Shown piece by piece: positions 29,469 through 39,428 of a stretch of DNA of 64,000 bases. Position numbers and translations under genes: made by a program. Positions within the stretch are counted from its first letter, which is position 1. The number at the start of each line of letters is the position of its first letter. Location of the stretch: positions 1,215-65,214 of the forward strand of contig CAWGQU010000010.1 of assembly GCA_963824795.1 (NCBI GenBank), written 5' to 3'. Source of the stretch: an uncultured Verrucomicrobiae bacterium. Lineage in GTDB: Bacteria > Verrucomicrobiota > Verrucomicrobiia > Chthoniobacterales > UBA10450. The notes beneath the pieces are model-generated. The model did not search any database. It was not told where the DNA came from and saw only the letters and a program-made list of their open reading frames with translations.

Positions 29469-31628
29469 TATCGCTGGCGTTCCTCGTAAAATTTGCTGCC
29501 GTTATCGGCGTGGTGGCGCAGCAAATCGCACGGCTTGAATTTACCGCCGTGCCGATCCCCCGCGCGAGCCATTTCTGCGATGCCAAAATGATCAGCGAAG
29601 CGCAACGGTCCTCCGCGGAACGGAGCGAACCCGGTCCCGAGGATCATTCCGTAATCGGCATCTTCCGGAGTGGCGACGACCTTTTCTTCAAGGCAGCGCG
29701 CGGCTTCATTCACCATGAGATAAATGAGTCGCAGCGCGAGTATCGTTTTGCTCGTCATTCCGAGCGGAGCGCGGAACCTCGCGATCTTTGTTTTCGTGAG
29801 GTCCCTCACTGCGTTCGGGATGACCAGAGGATTTGTTGCGCCACTGTTGGAGTGACTCGTTAGGCGACTGTTGTTTACCGTCGTATTTGTAGAATCCGCT
29901 GCCGGACTTACGGCCAAGCATTTTTTCTTCGCGCATGCGTCGCAAGATTTTAGGCGGGCGATCGCGCTCGCCATAGGCTTTTTCGAGTGTGTCGGCAATA
30001 TCGATCGTGATATCGAGACCGATCTCGTCGATCAGGCGCAAAGGCCCCATCGGCATTCCCCATTGAACAAGGGCGTCGTCGATGTCGCTCGCGCTCACGC
30101 CGTTTTCGTAAAGCTGCGCCGCTTCGAGCAGATAGGGAAAAAGCACGCGATTGACCAAAAAGCCCGGGCTGTCCTGCACGAGCACCGGAAGCTTTCCGAT
30201 CTGTCGCGTGAAGGCGAGCGCGTGATCTGTTGTTTCCGGCGCAGTTCTTTTTCCCACGACTACTTCCACCAGTTTCATGCGACTAACCGGGTTAAAAAAG
30301 TGGAGACCGATGACGCGTTCCGGTGACTTAGTGGTGGCGGCTAACTCGCCGATCGGCAGAGCAGATGTGTTTGTCGCGAGAATCGCTTTGGCTCCAGTTT
30401 TGTCGGAGAGATCAGCGAAAATTTGCTTCTTGATCTCGAGTTTTTCCGATGCGGCTTCGATGACGATTTGCACGTCGCGCATTTCTACGGGTGCGGTCGA
30501 AGCGACAATGCGAGCGCGGCCTTCTTTCGCTTTCGCTTCGCTCATCAGACCGCGCTTCACCGCATCACCATAAGTCTTGTCGATGTTGGCGAGGCCGCGA
30601 TCGATCGCTTCCGAATTGACGTCGCGCAGAATAACCGAAACGCCGCGTGAGCTGAGCCATTGCGCGATCCCGGAACCCATGACGCCGGCGCCGATCACCG
30701 CAGCGTGCGCGATTTTCTCCACGGAAGTTTTTGAGCTTCCTTTGCGATACTTGTCCGCGAGGAAAAAATTGCGGATGAGATTGCGCGTCGATTCCGTTTC
30801 GCCGAGCTCGACAATGGCGTCGAGTTCCATTTTCAATGAATCGTCAACCGAAACGCTCAGCGTCTTGGAGAGAATTTCATTCGCCCGCTCAGGCGCAGGA
30901 TTTCCCAAGGTTTTCGACGCAGTAATCGATTTGGTTTCACCGGCCACTTTTTCTTCACGGCGTTTTTTACCCTGGCTAATCTTTGTCCTGGCCGTTTCGA
31001 GCAATTGCTCGCGACCGACGACTTCGTCGACGAGTCCAAGCTCTTTTGCTTCCGCGGCCGAATACAATTTCCCTTTCGAAATTACATCGGCGGATTTCTC
31101 GACTCCGATCAATCGTGGCAAACGCGTGGTTCCGCCCCACGCCGGCAATAAACCGAGTGTCGTTTCCGGCAGGCCGATTTTTGTCGCAGGATCGTTTGAT
31201 GCGAGGCGATAATCGCACGCCAGCGTTATTTCGTATCCGCCACCGGCGCACGCGCCGTGAATCGCAGCGCATGTCGGAATTTTTAGCGCGGCGATGCGAT
31301 TGAAAACTCGTTGGCCTTCCGCGATGAAGGCGCGCATTTCGCCGCTCGCGGCCTGACGCATTAGCGTCTTGAGGTCCGCGCCTGCAATGAAAATCGATTT
31401 TTTCGCGGAAGCGATAATCAGGCCCTTGAGCGTTGGTTCGTTTTCAATGAAAGCCACATGTTCGCTCAGCTCGTTCATGGTCGGAGCGTCAAAAATATTC
31501 GCACCGGATTCGGGCCGATCGAACGTGAGCACGCAGATGCGATCGTCGCCAATTTCGCGCTGAATCATCGAATCTGTGACAGTGGCAGACATGACGATCA
31601 ATTTTGGACCGTTTCGCGAAAATTCCAA
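29468..31628 (-). pseudogene. FadJ/FadB-type enoyl-CoA hydratase / 3-hydroxyacyl-CoA dehydrogenase, interrupted by a family-B element with a frame change
   Basis: ORF 31628..29706 carries the ECH and HCDH domains and reads into the repeat (HPERSEGPHENKDREVPRSARNDE). The C-terminal domain (LRLIYLMVNEAARCLEE...GFAPFRGGPLRFAD) continues in another frame (ORF 29998..29468). Confidence 0.7.
29753..29826. repeat. Family-B palindromic element, copy 7, inside the fadJ-like gene
   Basis: CGTCATTCCGAGCGGAGCGCGGAACCTCGCG ... GTGAGGTCCCTCACTGCGTTCGGGATGACC. Confidence 0.85.
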
Positions 31629-31757
31629 GCGCAGAGAACGGTGGACGCATTCATCGCGGCGAGCGTCTAAGTCTCGTTCGCCTAATGCAAGCGGTCACGC
31701 CCATGCGCGACGATTGCGCTCAGGAATGGCGAATGTTAAGACTCGCGAGGGACGCAC

Positions 31758-33137
31758 ATGGTCGGCAAAATTCTCATACCGGAAATTAAGGGTCTAATCG
31801 AAGCGCGCGATTTTAACGCGTTGCGCGAGATTTTTCGCGAGTGGCCGCCGGCCGATCTCGCGGAGCTCATCCCGGATCTGCCGGAAGACGACCAGGTCAT
31901 CATCTTTCGTGTCCTGCCGGCCTCGCTCGCGGCGGATGTTTTCGAATATCTAGAGGTCGAAGCGCAGGAACAACTGTTGCGCGCGATGGCGCACGAACAG
32001 GTGGCCGGGATTCTCAATGAAATGTCGCCGGACGATCGCACGGCGCTCTTCGAAGAATTGCCGAGCGCCGCCGCTCGACAATTGATCAAGTTACTCACGC
32101 CGGAAGAACGCCGTGTCGCCCAAGCGCTTCTTGGTTATCCCGAAGGAAGCGTTGGCCGTTTGATGACGCCGGATTTCGTCGCTGTTTACGATCATTGGAC
32201 GGTGAAAGAAGTGCTCGACTATGTGCGCGAGCATGGATCCGACAGCGAAACGCTGAATGTCATTTACGTGGTCGATGAGCGCGGAAAGCTGATCGACGAT
32301 TTGCGCATTCGCGAATTTTTGCTCAAGCCGCTCACGGCGAAGGTAAGCGAGATTCGCGATCAGGCGTTCGTCGCATTGAACGTAACCGCTTCGCAGGAGG
32401 AGGCGTTAAACTCATTTCGAAAATACGATCGGATCGCGCTGCCGGTGACGGATTCAAATGGCGTCCTCGTCGGGATCGTGACGAGCGACGACATGCTCGA
32501 CGTCGCCGAAGAAGAGGCGACCGAAGACATCCAGAAATTCGGTGGTATGGAAGCGATCGATGAGCCGTACATGCGCACGCCACTCTGGCGGATGGTGCGA
32601 AAGCGCGCGGGCTGGCTGGTCGTGCTGTTTCTTGGCGAAATGCTGACCGCTTCGGCGATGAGTTATTACGAAGGCGAAATCGCCAAAGCAGTAGTGCTTG
32701 CTCTGTTTCTGCCGCTCATCATTTCGAGCGGCGGTAATTCCGGCTCGCAGGCATCGATGCTCATCATTCGAGCGATGGCGTTGGACGAAGTGAAGTTGCG
32801 CGATTGGTTTCACGTCATGCGAAAGGAAATTATTTCGGGACTGATGCTCGGTTTAGTCCTGGGATTTATCGGCTTCATGCGGGTCGCAATCTGGTCGCAA
32901 TTTTCCACGATTTACGGGCCGCACTGGCTTCTGGTCGCATTCACCGTTGGTATCGCCCTGATCGGAGTGGTGCTCTGGGGATCGCTTTCCGGTTCGATGC
33001 TTCCGTTTATTCTGCGCAGGGTGGGCGCTGATCCCGCGACTTCCTCGGCGCCATTTGTCGCGACACTCGTCGATGTGACCGGATTGGTTATTTATTTTAG
33101 CATTGCCCTTCTGATTATGCGTGGGGCGCTGCTTTAG
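31758..33137 (+). CDS. mgtE: Magnesium transporter MgtE
   Basis: 459 aa with an MgtE N-domain, a CBS pair and a C-terminal 5-TM domain (LPLIISSGGNSGSQ). Confidence 0.9.
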   Translation: MVGKILIPEIKGLIEARDFNALREIFREWPPADLAELIPDLPEDDQVIIFRVLPASLAADVFEYLEVEAQEQLLRAMAHEQVAGILNEMSPDDRTALFEELPSAAARQLIKLLTPEERRVAQALLGYPEGSVGRLMTPDFVAVYDHWTVKEVLDYVREHGSDSETLNVIYVVDERGKLIDDLRIREFLLKPLTAKVSEIRDQAFVALNVTASQEEALNSFRKYDRIALPVTDSNGVLVGIVTSDDMLDVAEEEATEDIQKFGGMEAIDEPYMRTPLWRMVRKRAGWLVVLFLGEMLTASAMSYYEGEIAKAVVLALFLPLIISSGGNSGSQASMLIIRAMALDEVKLRDWFHVMRKEIISGLMLGLVLGFIGFMRVAIWSQFSTIYGPHWLLVAFTVGIALIGVVLWGSLSGSMLPFILRRVGADPATSSAPFVATLVDVTGLVIYFSIALLIMRGALL

Positions 33138-33151
33138 CGGGGAGGCTCACT

Positions 33152-33790
33152 ATGTTTTCAATCGGCAAATTTCTCGGACACGACGAAACATTTTTTGATC
33201 TGCTCGAACGCAGTGCGCAGCAGGCCGATAACAGCGTGCATCATCTTGTCGAGCTGCTCGAAAAACTGGAGCAAGGAGATTCGCCGCAGAATCTGGAAGC
33301 GTTCGCGCTCAGTCGCCGAGAAGATAAGCGCATCACGCAGGAGCTAACGGAAGCGCTCTCCACCACATTTATTACGCCGCTCGAGCGCGAAGATATTCAA
33401 GCGCTTGCCTCCGCTCTCTACAAGATTCCGAAAACAGTCGAAAAGATTAGCGAGCGTATTCTCATTTGCCCGCAGGATTTGCACGGCCGCAATTTTACGA
33501 AACAGGTTCAGCTACTCGATCAGGCGGCGGAAGCGGTGCTCGCGATGGTAAAAGAGTTGCGCAAAGGCACGGACATCGAGACCGCGCGCGAAATGAATGC
33601 TCGCCTGCAAGCGATCGAGGGCGACGCCGATAAGTTGGAACTCGATCTATTGCGCGATCTTTATCACGGCGATTACGATCCCAAACAGATGATCTTTTTG
33701 CGCGATCTTTTCGAGCTTTTGGAAAAGGTGATCGATCGCTGCCGCGATGCTGGCAACATTGTCCTGCAAGTGGTTCTGAAGTATTCTTGA
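33152..33790 (+). CDS. DUF47/PhoU-like family protein (Pit-associated)
   Basis: 212 aa and helical. TPLEREDI and GDADKLE motifs. Directly upstream of the Pit transporter, as is usual for this family. Confidence 0.8.
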   Translation: MFSIGKFLGHDETFFDLLERSAQQADNSVHHLVELLEKLEQGDSPQNLEAFALSRREDKRITQELTEALSTTFITPLEREDIQALASALYKIPKTVEKISERILICPQDLHGRNFTKQVQLLDQAAEAVLAMVKELRKGTDIETAREMNARLQAIEGDADKLELDLLRDLYHGDYDPKQMIFLRDLFELLEKVIDRCRDAGNIVLQVVLKYS

Positions 33791-33806
33791 TTCGTTAGGC
33801 GGCTGC

Positions 33807-34844
33807 ATGCTGGCTTTTCTTACCGTCGTTCTCGCGGCGATCATCTTTGAATACAGCAACGGTTTTCACGACGCGGCCAATGCCATCGCGACCGTCGTCT
33901 CGACCAAAGTGCTGACGCCGCGCCAGGCGATTGCCATGGCGGCCGTGTTTAATCTTACCGGCGCATTATTCGGTGGCGCCGTCGCATCGACCATTGGCAA
34001 GGGTCTCGTGGATACAAACGTCGTCACGATGACGACGGTGCTATGCGCACTCATCGCTGCTTTCGCCTGGAACATCATTACGTGGTGGGTGGGTATTCCA
34101 TCGAGTTCCAGTCATGCACTTATCGGCGGATTATGCGGCGCCGGCATCGCCTCGGCGCATGGTCAGTGGTCCGTCCTGAAATGGAATACGGGATTGTGGC
34201 CAAAAGTTGTCCTGCCCATGTTCACGTCGCCTATCGCCGGATTCATTCTCGGCGCCATCATCATGTTCTTGCTCTTTGTCGCGCTCCACAAATTCAAGCC
34301 GCGCACAGTGCATTCGCTTTTCGGACGGTTGCAAATCTTCAGCGCGGCGTGGATGGCGCACAGTCACGGCACAAACGACGCGCAAAAAACGATGGGCATC
34401 ATTACGCTCGCATTGTTCACCGGAACGAAGGCTGGCAGCTTCGAGCATCTGCCAGTTTGGCTGCAGTTTCTGCACACGCCCGTTTTTGGCAGCGTGCCGA
34501 TATGGGTGAAAGTCGTTTGTGCGGCGACGATGGCAGCGGGAACGGCCGCCGGTGGCTGGCGAATTATTCGCACGCTCGGCCATCGCATGGTGAAGCTGCA
34601 ACCGGTGCATGGTTTTGCGGCGGAGACCACGGCCGCGCTCATCATTCAAGGCGCCAGTCTTTACGGCATTCCGCTTTCGACCACCCATGTCATTTCCACT
34701 TCGATCATGGGAGTCGGCGCGATGAAACGTTTCAGCGGCGTGAAATGGATGGTGGTCGAGCGGATTGTGTGGGCATGGATCTTCACGCTGCCCGCAACCG
34801 GACTCGCGGGTTATTTGCTTACGCGAATTTTTGCCCGGATATAA
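33807..34844 (+). CDS. Inorganic phosphate transporter, PiT family
   Basis: NGFHDAANAIATVVST and HGTNDAQKTMGII signatures. Polytopic. Confidence 0.9.
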   Translation: MLAFLTVVLAAIIFEYSNGFHDAANAIATVVSTKVLTPRQAIAMAAVFNLTGALFGGAVASTIGKGLVDTNVVTMTTVLCALIAAFAWNIITWWVGIPSSSSHALIGGLCGAGIASAHGQWSVLKWNTGLWPKVVLPMFTSPIAGFILGAIIMFLLFVALHKFKPRTVHSLFGRLQIFSAAWMAHSHGTNDAQKTMGIITLALFTGTKAGSFEHLPVWLQFLHTPVFGSVPIWVKVVCAATMAAGTAAGGWRIIRTLGHRMVKLQPVHGFAAETTAALIIQGASLYGIPLSTTHVISTSIMGVGAMKRFSGVKWMVVERIVWAWIFTLPATGLAGYLLTRIFARI

Positions 34845-34860
34845 ATCCGCGCCACGTCCG

Positions 34861-35901
34861 CTAGCGCTTGATTTCGACCCACTCGTTCCGCGCGCGCGAA
34901 TCGGCCACTGCCTGTACTACTCGCATGTAGGAAACACCATCCTCGAAATCGGGATGCGGTCCGACACGACCCTTGGATTTCACCGCGGCGAGAAAATCTT
35001 CTTCCACGCGCCATTCGCCTTTTAGCTCAGAAGGGATCTCGAGATCTTTCAGACCGCTATCGCCGACCTGGCCGCCTCGAATACGATCCGAACCGAAATC
35101 GTAGGTCAGCGTCCCAAGATTTCCGTAAATCTCCAGGCTATCGCCTGACCCATGCGGATCGACACCGCTGAATTCCAACACGCCCTCCGCGCCGTTGGCA
35201 AAACTGCAAAGCACCGTCAGAACATCGGGAATCACCACTTCATATCCCTGTCGCATCGACTGCAAAACTTTGCCGCGCGCGAAAACGCCGGTGATTTCGC
35301 CTAACCACCGCTGGATCACTTCGACGTAAATTCCGAGGGTCATGATATTGAGCCCGCTGATTTCGACACGTTGCCGCCAATGCGCCGGAGCTGCCAGGTC
35401 GAGAAAATTGCCGTTGAGACTTTGCAAATGAATGTGATGCGGTGTGCCCACGTAATTTTCGGCGAGCAACTTTTTCACGAGCAGATCGCCGGGCAGGCCA
35501 TAGGGCGGGGGACATAACATCGTTACCAGCTCGGGATGTTTTTTCGATGCCGCCAGCATTTCTTCCGCTTCGGCGCGATCCATCGCCATGCGTGCCTGAC
35601 AAAAAACGTGTTTACCCGCTTCGAGGGCGGACAGCGTTACGGCGGAGTGCATGTAGGGAGGCGTGCCGATCCAGATGATATCGAGATCATCAATCGCGAG
35701 CATGTCGGCCCAATTCTGCATGGGGGTGGCCTGCGGAAGGTTCTCACGGCAAAACTCTTCCGCGCTTTCGTAAGTTGAGTTCGAAACAGCGATTATTTCT
35801 ACTTCGGAATGTTTTTTGAGCGCAGGTAAATGTCGCCGTTGCACGATCGCCCCTGCGCCCACGATGCCGATGCGCAGTTTGTGATTATTCGTCCGACTCA
35901 T
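34861..35901 (-). CDS. Gfo/Idh/MocA-family oxidoreductase
   Basis: LRIGIVGAGAI Rossmann start. The start at 35901 is preferred over 35949. Confidence 0.8.
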   Translation of the reverse strand: MSRTNNHKLRIGIVGAGAIVQRRHLPALKKHSEVEIIAVSNSTYESAEEFCRENLPQATPMQNWADMLAIDDLDIIWIGTPPYMHSAVTLSALEAGKHVFCQARMAMDRAEAEEMLAASKKHPELVTMLCPPPYGLPGDLLVKKLLAENYVGTPHHIHLQSLNGNFLDLAAPAHWRQRVEISGLNIMTLGIYVEVIQRWLGEITGVFARGKVLQSMRQGYEVVIPDVLTVLCSFANGAEGVLEFSGVDPHGSGDSLEIYGNLGTLTYDFGSDRIRGGQVGDSGLKDLEIPSELKGEWRVEEDFLAAVKSKGRVGPHPDFEDGVSYMRVVQAVADSRARNEWVEIKR

Positions 35902-36015
35902 AAGGTAAGTGGTAATTAAGCGCGAATCAGCTTTGACCGTCACGCGCAAAAGGCGTTCAAGAATCGCTTGACCCGAGGGGGAGGGCGCGGCAGCTTACGC
36001 GTCCTTTCGAGAAGT

Positions 36016-36279
36016 ATGTCAAGAGTTTGTAGCATCACAGGATCAAAACCCACGCGCGGGAGCGTGATTCATCGCCGCGGTATGGCGAAGAAGAAAGGCG
36101 GTGTCGGCCGGCACGTCACGAAAAACGTGCCGCGCGAATTCGGACCGAACCTGCACCAGCACCGTATATGGGTGCCGGAGCTGAAAAAATTTGTGCGCAT
36201 CCGCGTGACCGCGCGCGGTCTTAAGACGATCAACAAGAACGGCGCTTTTGCGGCCTTGAAAACCGCGGGCGTAATTTAG
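36016..36279 (+). CDS. rpmB: 50S ribosomal protein L28
   Basis: MSRVCSITGSKPTRGSVIHRRG... typical L28 sequence. ATG at 36016 lies within track ORF 35968..36279. Confidence 0.9.
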   Translation: MSRVCSITGSKPTRGSVIHRRGMAKKKGGVGRHVTKNVPREFGPNLHQHRIWVPELKKFVRIRVTARGLKTINKNGAFAALKTAGVI

Positions 36280-37682
36280 GCGCTCGTTGTCGTAGAGGCG
36301 GTCGCCGGGGCGACGGCCGGGGTTTCTGGTTCGACGCCTGGCACAGCCGCCGTTACATCCGGTTTATTCGATTCGTTAGGCGCCTTCACTCGCGGCAAAT
36401 CAAGCGATCCGTCATTGAACTCGATCACGTAGCCCGAGCTGATCAACCATTTCAAGTCCGCGGCCAGACTCAATTTTAACCGCTCCGCCTCGGTATTTTC
36501 CAGCGTCGATACGATTAACTTGTCTGCCAATTCCTTCCGATGAATGCGCGGCGCTGTCGCTACCGCTTCGAGAATACCGGCAATGGAAGGCGAAACCGAA
36601 GTCAGTTCGTGTTTAAACGATCGTAAACGAATCGGCGAAACAAAGAGCATCCCACGCCGATGCCGGAAAACGTTGAGGCCTGCCTGACGCAAGACACCGC
36701 CTAGCTCTTGCATCATTCCCGAGGGCGAGCGGGTTTCATGAGCCCATGCGTTTTCGATTACGCGCCCAAGTCCGCGATCCTGCAAACGCCGGCTCAAGAC
36801 GCCACCGATCGTCGATTCCGGCGCCGTGCGAATCAGACCCGACAGGTAATTTTGTCGAAAATGGCGTTCGACTTCGCTCGAGTTGTTAAACGTAAGCGGC
36901 GTCTCTTCGCGAATGGTCGTATACGTCGTGATGTTGCGCGCCTGTTCCTTCCATTGCTCGACCGCCGCCGGATCCGTCACGATTTCGATTTGTCGCTGAT
37001 AATCGGCAAAACTCATGCGGCGGCTGAAGCGTTGTTCGTAAAGATTGCGCAACTGTCCCTGATAACTGTGATGGTTTGTCGGACCGAGCAGCGTTCCGCT
37101 GGCCCGACAACGCGCGACATTCGTAAAGTTGCCTTTGATGGGATCGCTTTGCACGACGTCGATCTTGTAAAAATCTTCCTTCGTGAGGTCGAACGCGCTC
37201 GCTTCGAGCAATCGGCGGTCGGTTGAAACCGGTCCATGCTCGCCGAGCTGAAACAGCTCGGTCTTTTCCGAGGCTTGCAGACGAACAATATATCGCTCGG
37301 GTTTTTCCAGGAAGAGACGCGCCAGAGCGAAGAGCGAATAGGCCACCGGGCCGGCTTTAATCTGCGTAATAACGTTTTCGAGAGGAGATGGCTGTGGAAG
37401 AAAACGTACGTTTACCGCTGGAAGAACAGGCGCAGGCCGGCGCTCCTCCCGCTCTCTTTCACGAGGATGGAAACGACGATTTTCCCGTTTGTTTCCCTGC
37501 TCTCGGCGAGCCGGACGTTTAGGCCCGCGTCGTCGATCAGACGGGCCTCGATCCCGCCGCGGTCGCTCTTCCATTTCTTCGCCGGCGAATTCCGCGTATT
37601 CGTTAGGCGCGGCCGGCTCCTTTACCCACGCGGGCAAAAGCCTTAAATCGAACAAATCAGCCGAGGGCGCGGGCTCAGACAT
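36276..37682 (-). CDS. Conserved-looking hypothetical protein with an Arg-rich disordered N-terminus
   Basis: 468-aa ORF with coding-like composition. N-terminal ~90 aa are rich in R/E/P. No family recognised. Confidence 0.6.
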   Translation of the reverse strand: MSEPAPSADLFDLRLLPAWVKEPAAPNEYAEFAGEEMEERPRRDRGPSDRRRGPKRPARREQGNKRENRRFHPREREREERRPAPVLPAVNVRFLPQPSPLENVITQIKAGPVAYSLFALARLFLEKPERYIVRLQASEKTELFQLGEHGPVSTDRRLLEASAFDLTKEDFYKIDVVQSDPIKGNFTNVARCRASGTLLGPTNHHSYQGQLRNLYEQRFSRRMSFADYQRQIEIVTDPAAVEQWKEQARNITTYTTIREETPLTFNNSSEVERHFRQNYLSGLIRTAPESTIGGVLSRRLQDRGLGRVIENAWAHETRSPSGMMQELGGVLRQAGLNVFRHRRGMLFVSPIRLRSFKHELTSVSPSIAGILEAVATAPRIHRKELADKLIVSTLENTEAERLKLSLAADLKWLISSGYVIEFNDGSLDLPRVKAPNESNKPDVTAAVPGVEPETPAVAPATASTTTSA

Positions 37683-37858
37683 TTATTCTCTTTTACGCCA
37701 TGCCCACGCGAAGTAAACAGCGCACGCGGCAAATTGAGGCGAAGAAGTGATTGCGAGCCTGAAATTGATTGACAAGCGGGCTAATTCATTTACTTGCCAT
37801 GCTGTGCCGGGAAAGGTTTAGTTCTGCCCCGAAACGCCAACTCGAAAGAAAACTTTTT

Positions 37859-38110
37859 ATGTCGGAAAAATCAATTGAAGAGAAGGTGAAAGACATCATC
37901 GTCGAGCAGCTGGGAGTAAATCCCGAACAGGTCACACCCACTGCTTCTTTCATCGAAGATCTGGGCGCGGATTCACTCGATATTGTCGAGTTGGTGATGG
38001 CTTTCGAAGAGGAGTTCTCGGTCGAAGTGCCGGACGAAGACGCGGAGAAACTGCAAACCGTCGGCGACGTTAACAAATACATCGAGGAACGCGCTAACAA
38101 ACAGGCCTGA
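37859..38110 (+). CDS. acpP: Acyl carrier protein
   Basis: [20 protein letters not shown] phosphopantetheine-attachment motif. ATG at 37859 lies within the track ORF. Confidence 0.95.
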   Translation: MSEKSIEEKVKDIIVEQLGVNPEQVTPTASFIEDLGADSLDIVELVMAFEEEFSVEVPDEDAEKLQTVGDVNKYIEERANKQA

Positions 38111-38135
38111 GACGGACCAGGACTTAAGCTTTACG

Positions 38136-38166
38136 AAAAACACGGCTGCGGCCGTGTTTTTTTGTT
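38136..38166 (+). terminator. Rho-independent terminator after acpP
   Basis: AAAAACACGGC-TGC-GGCCGTGTTTTTTTG: a GC stem followed by a T run. Confidence 0.8.
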
Positions 38167-38207
38167 CACGGTTGCAGTTGTTCTCAGGCGCGACAGACTA
38201 ACAGCGC

Positions 38208-39323
38208 ATGAGCTTTCTCGAGCGGCCCTTGTTTGACGTCGCGGGTCATCACATTGCTCTGCTCGGAATTATTGCGTTCGTAGCTTTGTTTTCCGCGGGC
38301 CTCGTTGTCGCCGGCGCGCTGCAAAGCAAAGCCGTACGCCGGCTCTTCAGCCGTTTCAAACTCGATCCGAAGTTCATTGCCATCGTCACGACTCTGCTCA
38401 GCGCCGTCGCTTTTTTGTTTTTCACAATTAGCGCCGTCAACGGTTTTGGCATCCCGCTCTCTTGGAACGCCGCTTTGCCCGGTATTTCCCTGAGTCTTGT
38501 TCAGATTTTCCTGCTCGTCGGGCTGCTCATCGTTGTTTTTTGGATTTCCTCACGCACCAAGCGCTTTCTTTTCAATCGCTTCCTGGTCGACAGCGGTTTG
38601 GATCGCTCATTGCAATACGCGATCGCACAGATCGTCAGTAATCTCGTTCTCGTCATCGGCGTCTTCATTGTTCTCGAAAACACGGGCATTCATCTTGGCG
38701 CCCTCACCGTTTTTGCCGGTGCCGTTGGTGTGGGAGTCGGCTTCGGTCTGCAAAATATTGCGAGCAATTTTATCAGCGGCCTCGTGATTCTCGCGGAACG
38801 TCCAATCACGATTGGCGATCGCGTCGAGGTCGCGGGTGTTACTGGCCAGATCCAGCAGATTCGCGCGCGCAGCACGGTGGTGGTGACGAACGACAACATC
38901 ACAACCATTATTCCCAACACCAAATTTATCGATTCGCCGGTGACGAACTGGACCTACGGCGATCCGCGCGTCCGTTTTCGCATCCCGATCGGAGTTGCTT
39001 ATGGGAGCGACGTGGAAAAGGTGAGTGAGGTTTTGATTGCGGCGGGTGCGGAAAATCCGCACACCCTGAAAGATCCGGCCCCGAGTGTTTTCTTCTCCGG
39101 GTTCGGCGATAGCTCGCTCGACTTTGAGCTCGTCGTCTGGAGCAGCGAAATGAGCAATCGTCCGCGCCGATATCGGAGCGAGCTGAATTTTGCCATCGAA
39201 CGAAAACTGCGGGAGGCGGGCATCGAGATTCCGTTTCCGCAGCGCGACCTGCACATTCGCAGCGGAGTACTCAAGACCGAGAACATCTATTCCGACGAAG
39301 AAGAACCACGCGAGCGATCGTAA
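38208..39323 (+). CDS. Mechanosensitive ion channel (MscS family)
   Basis: Several N-terminal TM helices. MscS core LAERPITIGDRVEVAGVTGQIQQIRARSTVV. Confidence 0.85.
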   Translation: MSFLERPLFDVAGHHIALLGIIAFVALFSAGLVVAGALQSKAVRRLFSRFKLDPKFIAIVTTLLSAVAFLFFTISAVNGFGIPLSWNAALPGISLSLVQIFLLVGLLIVVFWISSRTKRFLFNRFLVDSGLDRSLQYAIAQIVSNLVLVIGVFIVLENTGIHLGALTVFAGAVGVGVGFGLQNIASNFISGLVILAERPITIGDRVEVAGVTGQIQQIRARSTVVVTNDNITTIIPNTKFIDSPVTNWTYGDPRVRFRIPIGVAYGSDVEKVSEVLIAAGAENPHTLKDPAPSVFFSGFGDSSLDFELVVWSSEMSNRPRRYRSELNFAIERKLREAGIEIPFPQRDLHIRSGVLKTENIYSDEEEPRERS

Positions 39324-39428
39324 ATCTTCTCGCAGAAAACGCGCATCCTGGGTGTTAAAGCTTGAGAAACTGGCAAAAACTGCTAGTCGAATAGAGCCAC
39401 CACCCGCCGTCTATTCGGCGGTCCTGCT

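Noticed and set aside
31629-31757. Possible Mg2+ riboswitch (M-box) ahead of mgtE
   Set aside because: The divergent spacer is only about 129 nt and must also hold two promoters. I could not recognise M-box conserved segments.
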